A DNA stretch of 63,876 nucleotides, the filler included, from Reclinomonas americana ATCC 50394 (lineage: Eukaryota): assembly GCA_048213135.1 (NCBI GenBank). It is 6 parts of 4 records of this genome, joined end to end, with 100 filler letters (N's around TTAATTAATTAA, not from the genome) between each part and the next. Parts side by side here need not be neighbours in the genome. Positions count along the whole stretch, not along the records: positions 8,570 to 29,080 come from PS015921.1; 5 more parts are not named here. The stretch is one strand, 5' to 3'. The notes below the pieces were generated by a model that saw only the letters and a list, made by a program, of their open reading frames with translations, had not been told where the DNA came from and made no database searches. The translations under genes were made by a program, and so were the position numbers. Positions 12,439-25,326 of this stretch are shown piece by piece (the stretch's first letter is position 1; the number at the start of each line of letters is the position of its first letter).

Positions 12439-14452
12439 ATGTCAGACATCACTTCGCCGACCTCACGCAGCAAGCTGTTGCACCCGGCAGTGACGCGAGT
12501 GGCCTCGGCGCACGTATCCTCCATGTCGGTGGCACTCCACCCCGCTGTCCGCGTAGCCTCCTGCCCCAACGCTGCTGACGCCATGTCAGTCATGTCGTCG
12601 CTCTCTCTTTCAATGACCATCAAGAAGCCGGCCTCTGCCGCCGCTGCCGCCGCTGTCAAGGTAAATTATACTGTACACCCTGGTTTCTGCGCTGCATTGA
12701 ATACATATGTACTGATACGCTCTTTGCAACACGCAGCACGCGGTTGCATCTGCGACCGGGCGCTTCGCTGGTCACTTTGCCGGCGGTTCGTCAACACCGC
12801 CGACCACCACCATCGAGCCACCATCGCCCGCACAGTCGACACCAATGGCGGCACCGCAGGCGCGCAGCTCCGGCATCGCCTCGTTGTCGCCTGGCACCGA
12901 CGCCACGTCAGTCACTGCTGGCCGAAGGGGCAGCAGCAGCGGTCGCTCAGTTGCAGCACAACTCGACCCGACACGATGGGGTGAGTGTGTTCGTGTATGC
13001 ACATGTCCTTGGCACTGATATCGACTGCTGACACGGTACGCAGAGGAGTGCATCGACGCTGCAGACCCCACCGCCATCTACACCAACATGAACCGTCTGG
13101 AGAGTGGGTGAGTGGAGAGGGATAGGCATGAATCACGAGCGGGCACTGTCACCAAAACCGCTCACCTGCGACGACCTCGCAGTGCGTTCGGGACTGTGTA
13201 CAGTGCCGTGGATCGGCGCGACCAGTCGCGAGTGGCCGTCAAGGTGCTCGACATGACAACGCTGCGACAGTACATGAAGCACGTGTCCACCGAAGTGGTC
13301 ATCATCCGGCAGCTGGCACCACGGCACGAGAATCTCGTACACGGCAAGGCCGTGCATCGCCGACGCGGTCGTGATCGCTTCGGCAAGGCCACCGACGAGC
13401 TGTGGGTACGTACAGTATGCTCGCCTCCACCCACCCATCTCCGTGCACGTGTCTCACCAAAGCTGTGTGGGTGCACCAGATTGTGATGGAGTACTGTTCG
13501 AGTGGTTCACTGGCCGATGTGATTGACGAGCACGGCGGCCTGAAGGAGAGCCAGATTGCAGCAATTCTCAAACAAGTTGAGTATCGCATGAGCACCGCCC
13601 TCTCCATCGCCAGCGACAGCCGTCACTCACATTTCGCACATGCGCGTACAGCTGCTGGAGGGATTGGTGTTCTTGCACCGGGCCGGCATCGCCCATCGCG
13701 ACATCAAAAGTCCAAACGTGATGATCTCAGGCTCCACCCTGAAAATCGGTGAGTCGTGCTCCCTTCCCAGTGACAGTGCCAAGTAACCGTACCCACTTAC
13801 CCAAACCTACAAAGGCGATTTTGGGTCGTGCGCCATCCTGACCGACGAGAACGACAAGCGCGTGTCGATGAACGGCACCGTCGGCAGCATGGCACCCGAA
13901 GGTTTTTGCTCCCTCCTGCACCACTGAAAGCCGTCGCATACTCACCGTTTCATGCACTGCAACAGTGCTTCGTGGCGATGCCTACGACGTCAGCGTCGAC
14001 ATTTTCAGCTTGGGTGTGCTGGCCATTGAGTGTGCCGATGGGTGAGAGAGGACAGACACACACATACACACAAGCATACGTTCCCTCTTCGCTCACTCGT
14101 GTGGTGTTGCAGCGAGACGCCGTGCGCCAGCCTCAACACCAACGAGGTCGTGGACCTGTACTCGGCACAGACGGCCGAACCGCCCACTCTCGCCAACCCG
14201 TCACGCTGGTCCGACGAATTTGTCGATTTTGTCGCGTGTTGCACACGCATCAACGCTGCCGAGCGCTGGTCGGCCATTGAGCTGACGCGGCATCCGTTCC
14301 TGTCGCGTGTGCGCGGCAACGGCAGCGACTCAACCGGCGGTGAAAAGTTGCGTGGCCTCCACCACCCCTCCACCAAACTCCTTCCTGACGCATGACACAC
14401 ACAGTCCGCACCTTGCAGTTCTTCCGGGAACCGAGGCTGTGTAGTGCTGTGA
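12439..14452 (+). CDS. STE20/PAK-like Ser/Thr kinase with C-terminal CaaX (CVVL)
   Basis: ADPTAIYTNMNRLESGAFGTVY, VAVK, LWIVMEYCSSGSL, HRDIKSPN, DFG, GTVGSMAPE, DIFSLGVLAIECADGETP, WSDEFVDFV. The last exon, joined through the 14347-14418 intron, reads NSSGNRGCVVL*. Confidence 0.9.
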
Positions 14453-14571
14453 AGCGACGCAGCCAGTTGTCGTTAGAGGACACCGCAATGAAGAGAGGCA
14501 AGCTTGTCGTCCACTGGCAACTATTGAGGGGGAGATTCTTCTTCGTTTTACGTGTACCACAGCTGTGCGTG

Positions 14572-16009
14572 TCACGCCAGATAACAAGTCACAGCCTTCG
14601 CAAAACAGTCGGCACATATACGCCTTCTCAAGAACGGCATCATTGACTGATCGGCAGATGGTGGCACGTCAAACGCCGCCGCCGCCGCAAACTGCACGCG
14701 GTCACGGTCGCAATGAGTACCGACGAGAGGCGGCAGCACATTCACGGGCACTCGCCCCCTCTCACACGTACCATACACACAAACACGCCACAGTCGTATC
14801 CATTGCGCTGCCGTGGCACGGCGGGCACATAGTCCGCCCACTCGGACAGGTCGAGTGTACCGCCCTTCTTGTCGGCATACTCGTCTGCCACGTACCGACG
14901 CAGCATCTACACACAGACACACAGAAATGGTCAGCATCAAAATCACCACGGAAGCTGCTGCCGTCGAACGCAGCACACGCAACTGCAAGGTGCTCGGCGC
15001 CCCTGGAACCGAGAGAGTCGTAGAACTCGAAGCGACGGTCACGCACGTTGATGCACGCAAAGACCCAGTGCGCCGGCAAGTGGATGGGTATCAGCAACTT
15101 GTCCAACTGGAAAACGTCGATTTGCGAACGCATCGTCCACCGCCTCACACTCTGATAGTTGTACTCCGTCTGTTCCGTGGTGAGCTGCTGGAAGAAGAAT
15201 GTGTTGTGGCTCCACAGTTTCGGGCCCTGCCAGTCGGCCTGTTTCGCTCGTGCCACCAGCAGACCTTGACAGTAGAAATTGACCACTTCATCGTTGAGCC
15301 AGTTGGTGCCGGAGAGCGTGTGCAAGTCGAGCCGCTTAAGGTCGATCTTGGAGAGGGGTTTGCCGTGCACCAAAACCTCATCCTCATTACCGCGCCCAAA
15401 CGCCCGATTCACCAGTTCTTCCTCCTCGCGCCTCAGGGGCGGATACTGCACCTTGCGCTACCGATACACACACACACACACACACAGATCAAGTGAGTGA
15501 GTGTGCAGTCGACACGCATGCACTCTCGCGGCGACACAAACACCGACCTGTACCGCATTCTGACGGTGGAACTCGGTGGCCTCGGCCACAATTCGCGGCT
15601 GCACCAGCAACTCCTCCAGCACGTCTTCCGCCACACTCAGCATCCATTTGTTTTCCCGCAGCGCGCCGCGCGTCACATCAAATATCGTGTCCATCAGTAC
15701 GGCCTCCCACGTCTCCTGCGCCACCTGCTCTCGCGTCTGCTCCTCCAGCCGTGTCAAATGCCTCTCCGGAGCCGGTGCGCGGCTCGTCACTCGCAGTGGC
15801 GAAAACATGAACGGCGACGATTCCCGAGTGGTAGACCTGCACACACATCACGAGTGACCACCAACGCATCACCACCACACCGACCACCATGCATGTGCCC
15901 CGCCACGCAACAGTCGGCGCAGCCGATAATCAATCACCAGCATCCCATGAAGTACATCAGACTCAAGATCCCAGAGCACCGCATCGTCGACTGCTGCTGC
16001 TTCTGCTTC

Positions 16010-16048
<39 letters not shown>

Positions 16049-16727
16049 AGATGGAGGTGACGCAGGCGACCTGAGCCACTGGTGCTGCTGGTTAGCGGCC
16101 GGTGGTTGCCGTAATCCCTGATCCAGTGCATCGAGGTCCATGGATTCTTGACGCACTCGATGCCGATCCAGCACCGTCGAGCTTAGCCGCAATGGTGGAC
16201 TGTAGAATGGGCTTCGCTGCGGCCGTCTGAAATACGACAACATACCAGCGCGGTCTGTGAAGGAGGTGGAGGTGGCCGTCCGCGGCGGCGACTCGGGTAC
16301 ATCATGAAATGCACGCGGGCTGCGGAATGCATCTGCCGTTTGCGGCGACAACCCCGCATCATGAGCTTCACGCTCATCGGTGTCCACGTGCCGATCCTCC
16401 TCTCTCCCCTCATCCACCATCATCCGGGTCGACTCGGCATTCTTCTGCACACGCGCGCGCGACATGTCAGCCGCGCAACTGCAGACCAAGGAGACACGAT
16501 GGTGGGCGACTCACTGTCGACAGCCGCGACGGGTATGTGCGTGGTGGTTCACTGCGCGGCTGCCGCCACGTCGACCAGTTTGGGGACGCAAAAGTGTGCG
16601 TTGCAGCTGGTGTGTACGTGCTGAACGCGTTGCGCGCCATTGGTGGAGTAGACGGTGAGCCGCCACCGTTGGAATGGCGGCCGCCAACGATGGGTCGTGG
16701 CTTTCGCGCAAAGGATGTGAACGACAT
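14572..16727 (-). CDS. SUMO protease, Ulp1/SENP family (peptidase C48)
   Basis: WLNDEVVNFY, PIHLPAHW, FEFYDSLG and PRQRNGYDCGVF contain the His/Asp/Cys triad plus the oxyanion Gln; MPFLRRRI near the C-terminus. Start approximate. Confidence 0.93.
15991..16048 (+). repeat. (CTG)n/(CTTCTG)n trinucleotide repeat inside the SENP gene
   Basis: Directly visible; encodes a low-complexity tract. Confidence 0.85.
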
Positions 16728-16776
16728 GCTTCGATGACAACTGCATGCACAGGACTTTTTTCTTTTCACAAGTCAC

Positions 16777-19700
16777 TCAGCGCCGTGAGGTTGGGGGACC
16801 GGACGGTGCTCCACGCGGCCGCGATGTTACAGCATTCAACTGCACTTCCAGCTTGGCGGCGGCCAACGACACCAATTCCTTGCGGAACTCGTTCAGCAGC
16901 ACGACGTTGCGCACAAACTTCTCCTCCTCGCCACTCAGCGGCAGATTGGCGAGATCTTGTGCGGACGTGTCACTGGCGCGCAGGTGGTAGCTTGACCTGT
17001 GTGTGATTGATTCATCAGCGGAGCGAAAGATCACCGAGTGTGGGGAAGAGTGGGCGACGCAACATTGGAATCTGCAAGCTGCACTGGACCTTGGCCACCT
17101 TCCACTCGAATGATTCGATATCACGCGACGCCACACGCGCCGTTTCACACACCGTGTACAGCGAGCGTGACAGCGATGGATACTGGGCGGGCAGATGGAT
17201 GGAGGGGTCCAGCAGGTACGTGTTGAGCACGGGGTGCGCCGACGACACGCACAGCGAGCACACCACCGAGGTGAGCGCCAAGTTCAACTCCCAGTCGTTG
17301 TGCAGGAAGGACTCCACTCGGCGGAACAACTTTTGCAACAACATGCCCTCGTAGAACGGGGTCACCGACGAGGAGCCACCGGCACCCTCTGGCGCTCTCG
17401 AGACCACCAACTCCTCGGCCTCGCCAGCCACTGATCCACCAGCACGCGGTGACTCTGTCACGTGCAGAGTCAATCGCATGCACAGAGACGGTGACAATAC
17501 AACGCGGGATGGCGACAGAACTGACAGGCGAGCCAAAGAGGTCGTCTAACCGCGGCTCAACAGCCGCGGAACGCACGCGCACAGTCTTGCGAGCGTTGTC
17601 AATGTACATGGACTGAGAGACGCCACCGGCAAAGAACAGCCTGGTGGTGTGTGCAAGAAGAAGGGGGTGAATGGAAGAGGGGGAAGCGTGATGGCACGAC
17701 AAAACACGCGAGAGAGACAAATGGTGCGCACCAGGAAAAGTTGGGTCTCTTCATAGCGGGACTGGCGGCCAGGTCTGCGTGCATCATTGCCGCCTCTCTC
17801 CGCCCGAGCCCCATGGTCTGTCCCGCCAGTCGGCCTGCGTCGCTCTCCTCAAATGGTCTCATCCAGTCGGCCTCACCAGTGGCCTCTGTCAGCGGTGCAA
17901 ACATGGACGCCAGCGCCTGCAGCGACCTCAACGCCTTGTCCCGCATCTCGTCAATGTGATCCGCCGTCGACAACTGAATGCCTTGCCACTGTTTCGAATC
18001 AATGTCAGGACGCCCATACGCGCTACATCTGCTCTCTCTCACGCGCGCGCACACACCTCCAGCAGCGCCTGCTCCTCCATCTGCTCAATGACTTCCGCAA
18101 TCGGACCGAGATTGCGCAGAATGAGCGTCTCCAGTAATGGAGCATAGTTGCGCGACAACAGCGCCTTGACCACCAACAGCGACAGCACGGCGATCTGGTG
18201 GAACAGTAACACGAAGAATTGAGTGGAAAGCGCACGGCGAGTAGCGGCTGGGGAGGTGCCGCGCACCGTGTCATCCAGGTCGGTGATTCGTGACAGTAGC
18301 TGGTTTCTCGCCGCCGGCACCGACGGCACTCCACGCACCTCCGGGCCCGTGGATTCCTGCGTCTATGCGTGAGCACTTCAACAACAACAACAACAACGGG
18401 ATGCACACTGATATTGTGCACGCAACTCCAAACAGTGAAAACACCAATCCCTCCAGCAGTGGCTTGCTGGAGATCTCCTCCACCACGCGCTTCAGGTGAT
18501 ACAACGACGCTTGCACTTCCGACTCTTGGCTGCGTGCACACTTCAATGAGATGCACCGCGGAGTGAAATAGCCAACTCTCTCACACACAGACGCGCACGC
18601 AACTCGGCCGCCAACGAGGGGATCAACAACGGGTCGACAAACAGTTCGCGCCATCGCTTGCTGATTTCCTCCAACAGAGCGACGTGCGGGGTCATGGAGA
18701 TGCCGTTGAGGAAGCCAACTCGGTTCAAAAACTCGCTCAGTGGGTCGTATCGACCCTCTTCGCCACTTCGACTCGCTATGTTGTGCCAGCAAAAGTGAGG
18801 CGACAAACTTGCACTTCCGCGCTGGCTATCACGCTGGCTGTCACGCAACGCGATGTTCTCCGAATGTCCACTTGCCGGTTCGGCGAGAACTCGGACGGCA
18901 GCGCACGGAACCCATTCACCAGGCCGTGTATCTACACGGAGATTACACAGTGAGACAGCAACGCCACTGAAAAGATGAGCGACCGACCGGCAACGGAACA
19001 ATGAGGTCCAGCAGCTGCGTCCGTCGGGCGATAAATACGCCGAGTCCCAGCGACGGGAGATCAATGAGCATCGTCAGTGCCGCACGTGCCAAGTCGCCGT
19101 CGGACTTGGAGTCGTTGACGAATCGCAGCAGCGACGTGAACACGAGGAACTCACCCTGCCCGCTCTGCACGCACAAAAGGGATCAGCTTGTCTATCGCGG
19201 CGGTTGGCGTCGCGGAATACGCACCCCATCGCTGCGCTGCTGGAAGAATAGACCCAGCAAGCTTGGATTCGCGGACAGCTTGATGGCCAGATTGTGCAAC
19301 AGGTGCACATATGCTTTCCGCGCTGTGTACACATTCAAGATGAGCGACACCTGAATCATCGCTGCACGACCGGGGCGGATAACTCTTCTCGTCCAGATCG
19401 CGCAGGTTGCACGATCGCAGCACCGTGTCGAGCGCGTTGTGAATCGGCATGATCTGCACCAAATCAAAGCGCAGTTGTCGCAGCAGCGTTCCCAAATGCT
19501 CCAACACCAACGCCAGCGTTCCACACGGCGACTGCGCAATACCGAACCCCATCAGCCACCGAAGAACGCACACATTTCCCGCACAGACACACGCAACATC
19601 GGCCTTGCCAAACTCGCACAGCGTCTCAAAGATCTGCTCGTCCTTGAAATACTGCAACAGCGGTCGCACCTCGCCCTCATCACTCAGCACAGTTCGTTGA

Positions 19701-20081
19701 TCCTGCAGTCACTGTGAGCCATGGGAGGCAGACACCGTCTTTCTTCAGCACGCACCTCTGTGATGAGCAGTTCCATCATCTTGCCGAGCTTCCCGCCAAT
19801 GTCTTGGTTGATCAAGATCGACGAATCGGTGCCCTCATCTGCCGCGCGCGCCACATGTCAATTTCGTTTTTTTCATCTTTCTCGCTCTTCACACGCATGC
19901 CGCAACTCCTTGCCACGGCATTCAAATGGCGCAAATCTGAGTTGAAGAACTCACTCAGGTCCTCCCACGTGCGTCGCATGACGTCCATGTCCGTCGGCGC
20001 GAACACGTCCGCCACAGCCTCCACGCCTTTGCTCACGGCACGCATGCCCTTGCTCCACATGCTCTTCAACCATTTCGACAT
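16777..20081 (-). CDS. FHIP/FAM160 (RAI16-like) FHF complex subunit
   Basis: PLLQYFKDEQIFETL, EFLVFTSLLRFV..GDLARAAL, YEGMLLQKLFRRVESFLHNDWELNLALTSVV, HPVLNTYLL, VRNVVLLNEFRKEL. Confidence 0.85.
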
Positions 20082-20189
20082 GGTTTCTCTCTTGACACAC
20101 AACACACAAAGCGCGCGCGTGATCAAAGTGGACAGTCGCCGCGCGCGAGCTGCATCTGTCCGGTCCGTTGTGTCATCGGCCTCATCATC

Positions 20190-21982
20190 ATGGATCGCGG
20201 TGCGTGTTCCGTCGCTCTCTTCTTCATCCAACATTGCCCACTGAATGTGTGCCTGCAGAGTTCCTCAAGCAGCGCGAGGAGGAGCTGGAGTTGGGGTTGC
20301 ACCCACGAAAGGCACCGGCGTACCTGTTCCCAGTGCAAAAGGCGCCTTCGATGCACAACAACCCCGCGCTGCTCTGTGCGTCCCTCTCCCTGCTTGCCTG
20401 TCTTTCTTGTGCACGATATGTTCACTCTGTGTGCGGTGTGCAGGTTATCCGCACCTGGCGTTGCAGTACCGCAAGGCGCGACAAGAGTTGCTCGATGGTG
20501 GTCACGGTGGTGGAGGCGGTGCAGTGAGTCTTCCACTGCCACTGGTGCAGTCGACGAGTCCGACGCCGGGGTCGACGGCGGCGGCGGTGGCGGGACGGGA
20601 TTCGCGACAGCGTGCGCAGTTGCAGTCGAGATCAATGCCGACGACGACGACGACGACAACGACGACCAGTGTGAGTGCGGGGCACTCGGCGGCGGTGTCG
20701 AGCCGCGGGCAGCTCGGTGCCAGCGAGGACAGAGAGCGATTACATGAGTGGATGGTGCGCGATTTCTCTTTTGCTCGGCGCGCTCGTGAGATCGCTGACG
20801 GTTGGTGTTTTCTTTTTGTTGCAGCACATGGTGGCGCAGCAGCAGCAGCAGAGTGGCGCGCCGACGCTTCCGTTTGAGTTTGTGGGACTGGGAGTGCCGG
20901 GCGATGAGGCCACTCGGCAAGTGTCGAGAACGCCATCGCCGCCGGTGCGCTCGCCTGGTCTGCCGAGCATTCATCGCGTGGATTCGATGCCGCATGTGTC
21001 GTCGTCGGCGGCGGTGAGTGGTCGCCGACACGGTGGCGGCTCGCGACCGGTGACACAGCCGGCTGCTAACGCGGGCGAGACGGGCGGGTCGACACGAGTT
21101 CCGCGGTATCGAGGCGGCGTGCAGACTACCCGCGCAGAGGAGCTGAAGAACACATCAAGGTGCGGTGTGCTATCGTACTCTTTTTGTTGTTGCGTGTCGC
21201 TGACTTTGTGCGCCAGTGTTTCGTTGCCTGGTCTCGGCATATCATTGGTGGTCGACCGCACCGCTCGTTCCTCGGTTACCGTTCGCAACGTGGTACGTCT
21301 TCATGCGAATGCGCCTTTCGCAAGACCGTCTTGACCCATGCTCACGGCTCTCCATTCCAGCCCGCACCGACAGCACCGAGGGAGGTGCTGCACAAGACCA
21401 GGGCTCGACCGACCTCCCACGTTCCCTTTAGTGTGTGGCGAGCACGACAGCAGCTCGAGTACGAGAAATCGCTTGTGGCCTCACGGCAGGTGGACCCGAC
21501 GCACGGCGAGCCGTTTCTCCAGTTCCTGCAGTGGTTGCGTGGAACGAGTCGCGTCTCTGCTCACCACTCCCGTTGTCATGACCGTATGTGTGTACAGGAA
21601 GCGGCTGTCGGAGTACGCGCAGCGTGCAGAAACCGCCTTTAATGAGCAACAGCAGCACCATCAGCAGCTGCCACCACCGCAACTTAATCTGCACCACCAC
21701 CATCACGACGACGACGACGATGATGATGATGGCGGCCGCGGTGACCACGAGGGTGATGAAGTCGACAGCCCCAGGTCGTACGATGGTGTTGGCAGTGGTG
21801 ACAGCCACGACGGGATTGGTGGCGGTGACGGTGGCGACGGTGGAGGCAGTAGTACTGGTGGTGGCGGTGGTGCATCGTCCATCGTACCCGACGATGTATT
21901 TGACGGCTCAGGTGAGGACGTGCGGTCCATACTCAGAGCGGCAGAGGACCTGGTGACCGAGGCCATTTATGTTAATGAATAA
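20190..21982 (+). CDS. Hypothetical multi-exon protein
   Basis: Frame-consistent GT-AG exon chain MDR-EFLKQREEELELG...YPHLALQYRKARQ...FLQFLQWKRLSEY...EAIYVNE*; no family recognised. Confidence 0.6.
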
Positions 21983-22046
21983 CGAACGACTGAGCTGAGC
22001 TGAGCTGAGCTGATCTCTGTTTACTCGCTCTCATCCATGTCTCGAA

Positions 22047-24135
22047 TCATTCGAAGAAATCGTGTACCTGCAGCAGGGCCAGATCGAGTCTGCACAGCAA
22101 TTCATGGGGTGAGTCCGTGTGCCTCCTTTTTTGTGTGCCCCCGTCAACAGAGCAAAACTGACACGGTGCACGCAACGACCAGGTGTCGCAGTCGGCCCCG
22201 AGATCGACGGTGATGTAGCTGGTGGCGGTGGTGGTGGTACCACCTGCTCCTCCATTACCGGCGCCGCTGGTGACGTTTGTGCCGTTGACCGACGTTGCTG
22301 TCGGCGTGCTCCCGCTGGGTGTCAGCAGAGTCGGCAACAGGGTCAAACTGTTGCTGTGTACGAGTGCGCTGCGCCACTCCTCGCTCCCACGCCGACTGCT
22401 GCCACCAGCATGATGCTTCACTGGGGTTGTTGGATCGGGGAAGGCAACTGGCGTGCGAGAGACGGCCGCGGAGCCTGTACGCTGTGGCGATGCAAACAGG
22501 TAGGATGCAGATCGCATTGGCGACATGCCGTGCTCCAGGGTCAGCGATCGCAGTGTGCGGTGTGGCGACATACTCGGCGATGGCAGTCGCGATGACGGGG
22601 CGGTGGCGATTGGTGGCTGTGACAGCAGCTCCAGCAGTGGCCGTGGCGGCACCAGCAGTGGCGGTGCAGGGCATCGATGTTGCAGTGGTGTCAGTGGAGC
22701 GGCCGACACCGAGTGCACCAGCAGCAGCTGGTCGTGGCTGCAGTCGCCATCTGTGGGACTGGTGTCGTCGTCGTCAGCGGCAGCGACAGAGGCAATTGCT
22801 TTGCCGCTGGCGGTGGCAGTGGCACCTGCATGCTGCTTGCGTGCCTTGCGCGGTGGTGACGCGGTCTCTAGATCTCGCAACTCATGGTTCTCCGACTGCT
22901 CCTGCGCCATGTAGTGCAGACGTCGTGGTGCTGCTGCGACAGAAGTGTCGAGTGGCACGGCCAGTGGTGGCGGTGGCGGTGGAGGTCGTGGTGGCGGATT
23001 CGCTGGACAGCGTGGGATCGCGCGGACAAGGGCCTCCAGCATGCTTCGCATCTCGGGAGCCTCTGCGTGCATCACACAACGGTGAGCGCCACACACCACG
23101 CAACTAGGTGCGTTTTTAGTACCAATGCTGGCGGCTTGTGACAAGTCTGTGGCAACATCGTCGCCGACCACTTGCAGCTGGCCGTCAGCGTCGGGACGAT
23201 AGTGATTCCACACCACCGGCAGTGGCTTGCGTCGCTGCCGCCGCAGAGGATTCGTCGGCGACAATTGCAATTCGGCTGCGGAGGCTGCCACCGCCGGCTT
23301 GTATCGATACAGACTCTTGGCGACCTCTCTGCCGACCAGCCACCGAGCCTTCAGTCGACGGTGGGGACGGAAACGCGGGCTGACAGAGACGACGCAACTT
23401 TTTCAATACAGAATTCCAGCGATTCTTGACGGCGTTGGCCGACCGGCCAGGCATGGCCCGCGCAATGGCCGCCCATTGGTTCTTCAGCTCGGTCTGTGCG
23501 CGGATGATGGTGCAGTCCTCCTGCTCGGTCCACTCATCTCGTCGCAGGGTGGGATCCAGGTGATTGAACCAGCTGCGCGCAGCGAATGATGATGAACCGA
23601 CCACGGTGATTGCACCACACAAAACGGAAGCGGGAGACGTACCGCTCACGGCATTGTTTTGCCACACGATTCGGCATGCGTCGGGCCACCGCCGCCCAGC
23701 AGTTCACACCCATCTCCTGCGTATGCACAATCTGCGGTGGTGAGACCGCATATACGCATATCGATTGGAATGTAGCAGTTGCTGCACTTTTGATTGAACT
23801 CTCTCTCGCGACTCACCCCTACTACATGCCGCAACCGCTCGTCTTCATCGTGCGTCCACATGTTGATGACTTTCTGCTTGCGTGCGGCTGCAGTTCCCGC
23901 CAGTGGTCTTGCCTGCGCCCACCACCACGCGCACACACACGGAAGTGAGTGAGAGGTGTGTTGATCACTGCCTTGTGTGTGTCTGCGCTGTGACGCTCAC
24001 CACTCCATCACCTTCCTCTTCGTAGTCGTTGTCGTGACCATCGTCGCCGTCGTCGTCGTCGCTCTTGTCGCGAGGGCGGCGGCGGGGACGGCGGTGTTGC
24101 TGTTGCTGGTTGATCCGCGCGGTATTGGTTGCCAT
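22047..24135 (-). CDS. R2R3-type Myb transcription factor
   Basis: WTHDEDERL...WAAVARRMPNRVAKQCRERWFNHLDP.LRRDEWTEQED...WAAIARAMPGRSANAVKNRWN. Confidence 0.92.
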
Positions 24136-25326
24136 TTGTACCACTCTTCACTCACTCACTCACTCGTGCGTACTGTGTGCGGCTGGCGTGCGTGAACGAA
24201 CGGAAACGCGGGAGTGGAGGCAGGTGGCGTTGGATGGGCGAGAATCGGAGAATGGGAAGGCAGTGTGGAGTGCAGGAGGCATGATTTGGGGGGTGCGCAG
24301 GCAAGTGGCGTTGGGGGTACATGTGGAGTCGTGCATGTGCATGAGCAAGTGAAAGGGTAGTCAGTGATAGAGAGTCCACCGCAGCCGTGCCCTGGCGACT
24401 TTTGAGAGTTTCTATTGATTCTATGCCGGCCTTCGCGATCGATCACCTCGCTTGAACGAATGCGGACATATTCCCCGTGGCTTGGGTGTCAAAAAGAACA
24501 ATCCGCGACACCCACTCTCCGCACTCATCTGTGCGTGCACTGCTGGCGCGAGTCTCCACCACCACCACCACCACCACCACCATAGTCGGAAAGTCAAGTG
24601 TACTGTGGCGCGCCGGTGACATGTCTGCGATTTTCCATTTTTGGGGAGGCGAGGGAGACTGGGTTATTTGTTGCGCTCTGTGTCCGATGATCCCATGCCG
24701 CCGCGTGCGTGTGAGCACGCGTACACAGTGATGAAGAACAAGAACATGCACGAGTGCTCGCAAATGATTCTATTTTTTTTTGTTGTGCGACGAGGCAATC
24801 AAAGAAAGCCTCATGATCACATGGTACACACAAAAAAGATTTGTCCGACACCATTGCAGTGAATAATCTGCGCACAACTTTTATTGCGTGTTCTCTGTGC
24901 GCCAAGACGACACGACACCCTGCTCTCTGTTCCTCGCCAGTTGTGGATCGTACGTTTGTCCCCTCACCACCTGCACCACCCCCGTCCGCGCACCTCCACA
25001 GCCATTCGTGCGCTTGCGCAGGATGGCAGCGATGATGTGTTTTGTCGCTGCCTGCGTGGCTGTGGGAGTCCCCTCCCCCCTCCCCCTCTTCTCCCGCCAC
25101 CCCCTCCCCTTCCGCATAGACCCACCGTTGCTACCCTGCTTCTCCCCATTGCTGTCGTAGGACTGGTACATCGCCTTCATCGCCTTCATCATCATCAGTC
25201 ATCGATTGTGCGAAAAAATCAAATCAATCTCAACACACTCGCGCACACAGACACACGCACACGCAGTCACACAGAGCGCCTCTCGTTCGCGCGCGCCTGC
25301 GGATCTCAACCCAGCCTCGCCTTTTA

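Noticed and set aside
12075..12659. 194-aa minus-strand ORF
   Set aside because: No recognisable motifs; antisense to exon 1 of the STE20 kinase (12439-12660) and its promoter.
21990..22013. (CTGAG)x4 between two convergent stop codons
   Set aside because: Short simple repeat with no other copy seen and no spacer structure.
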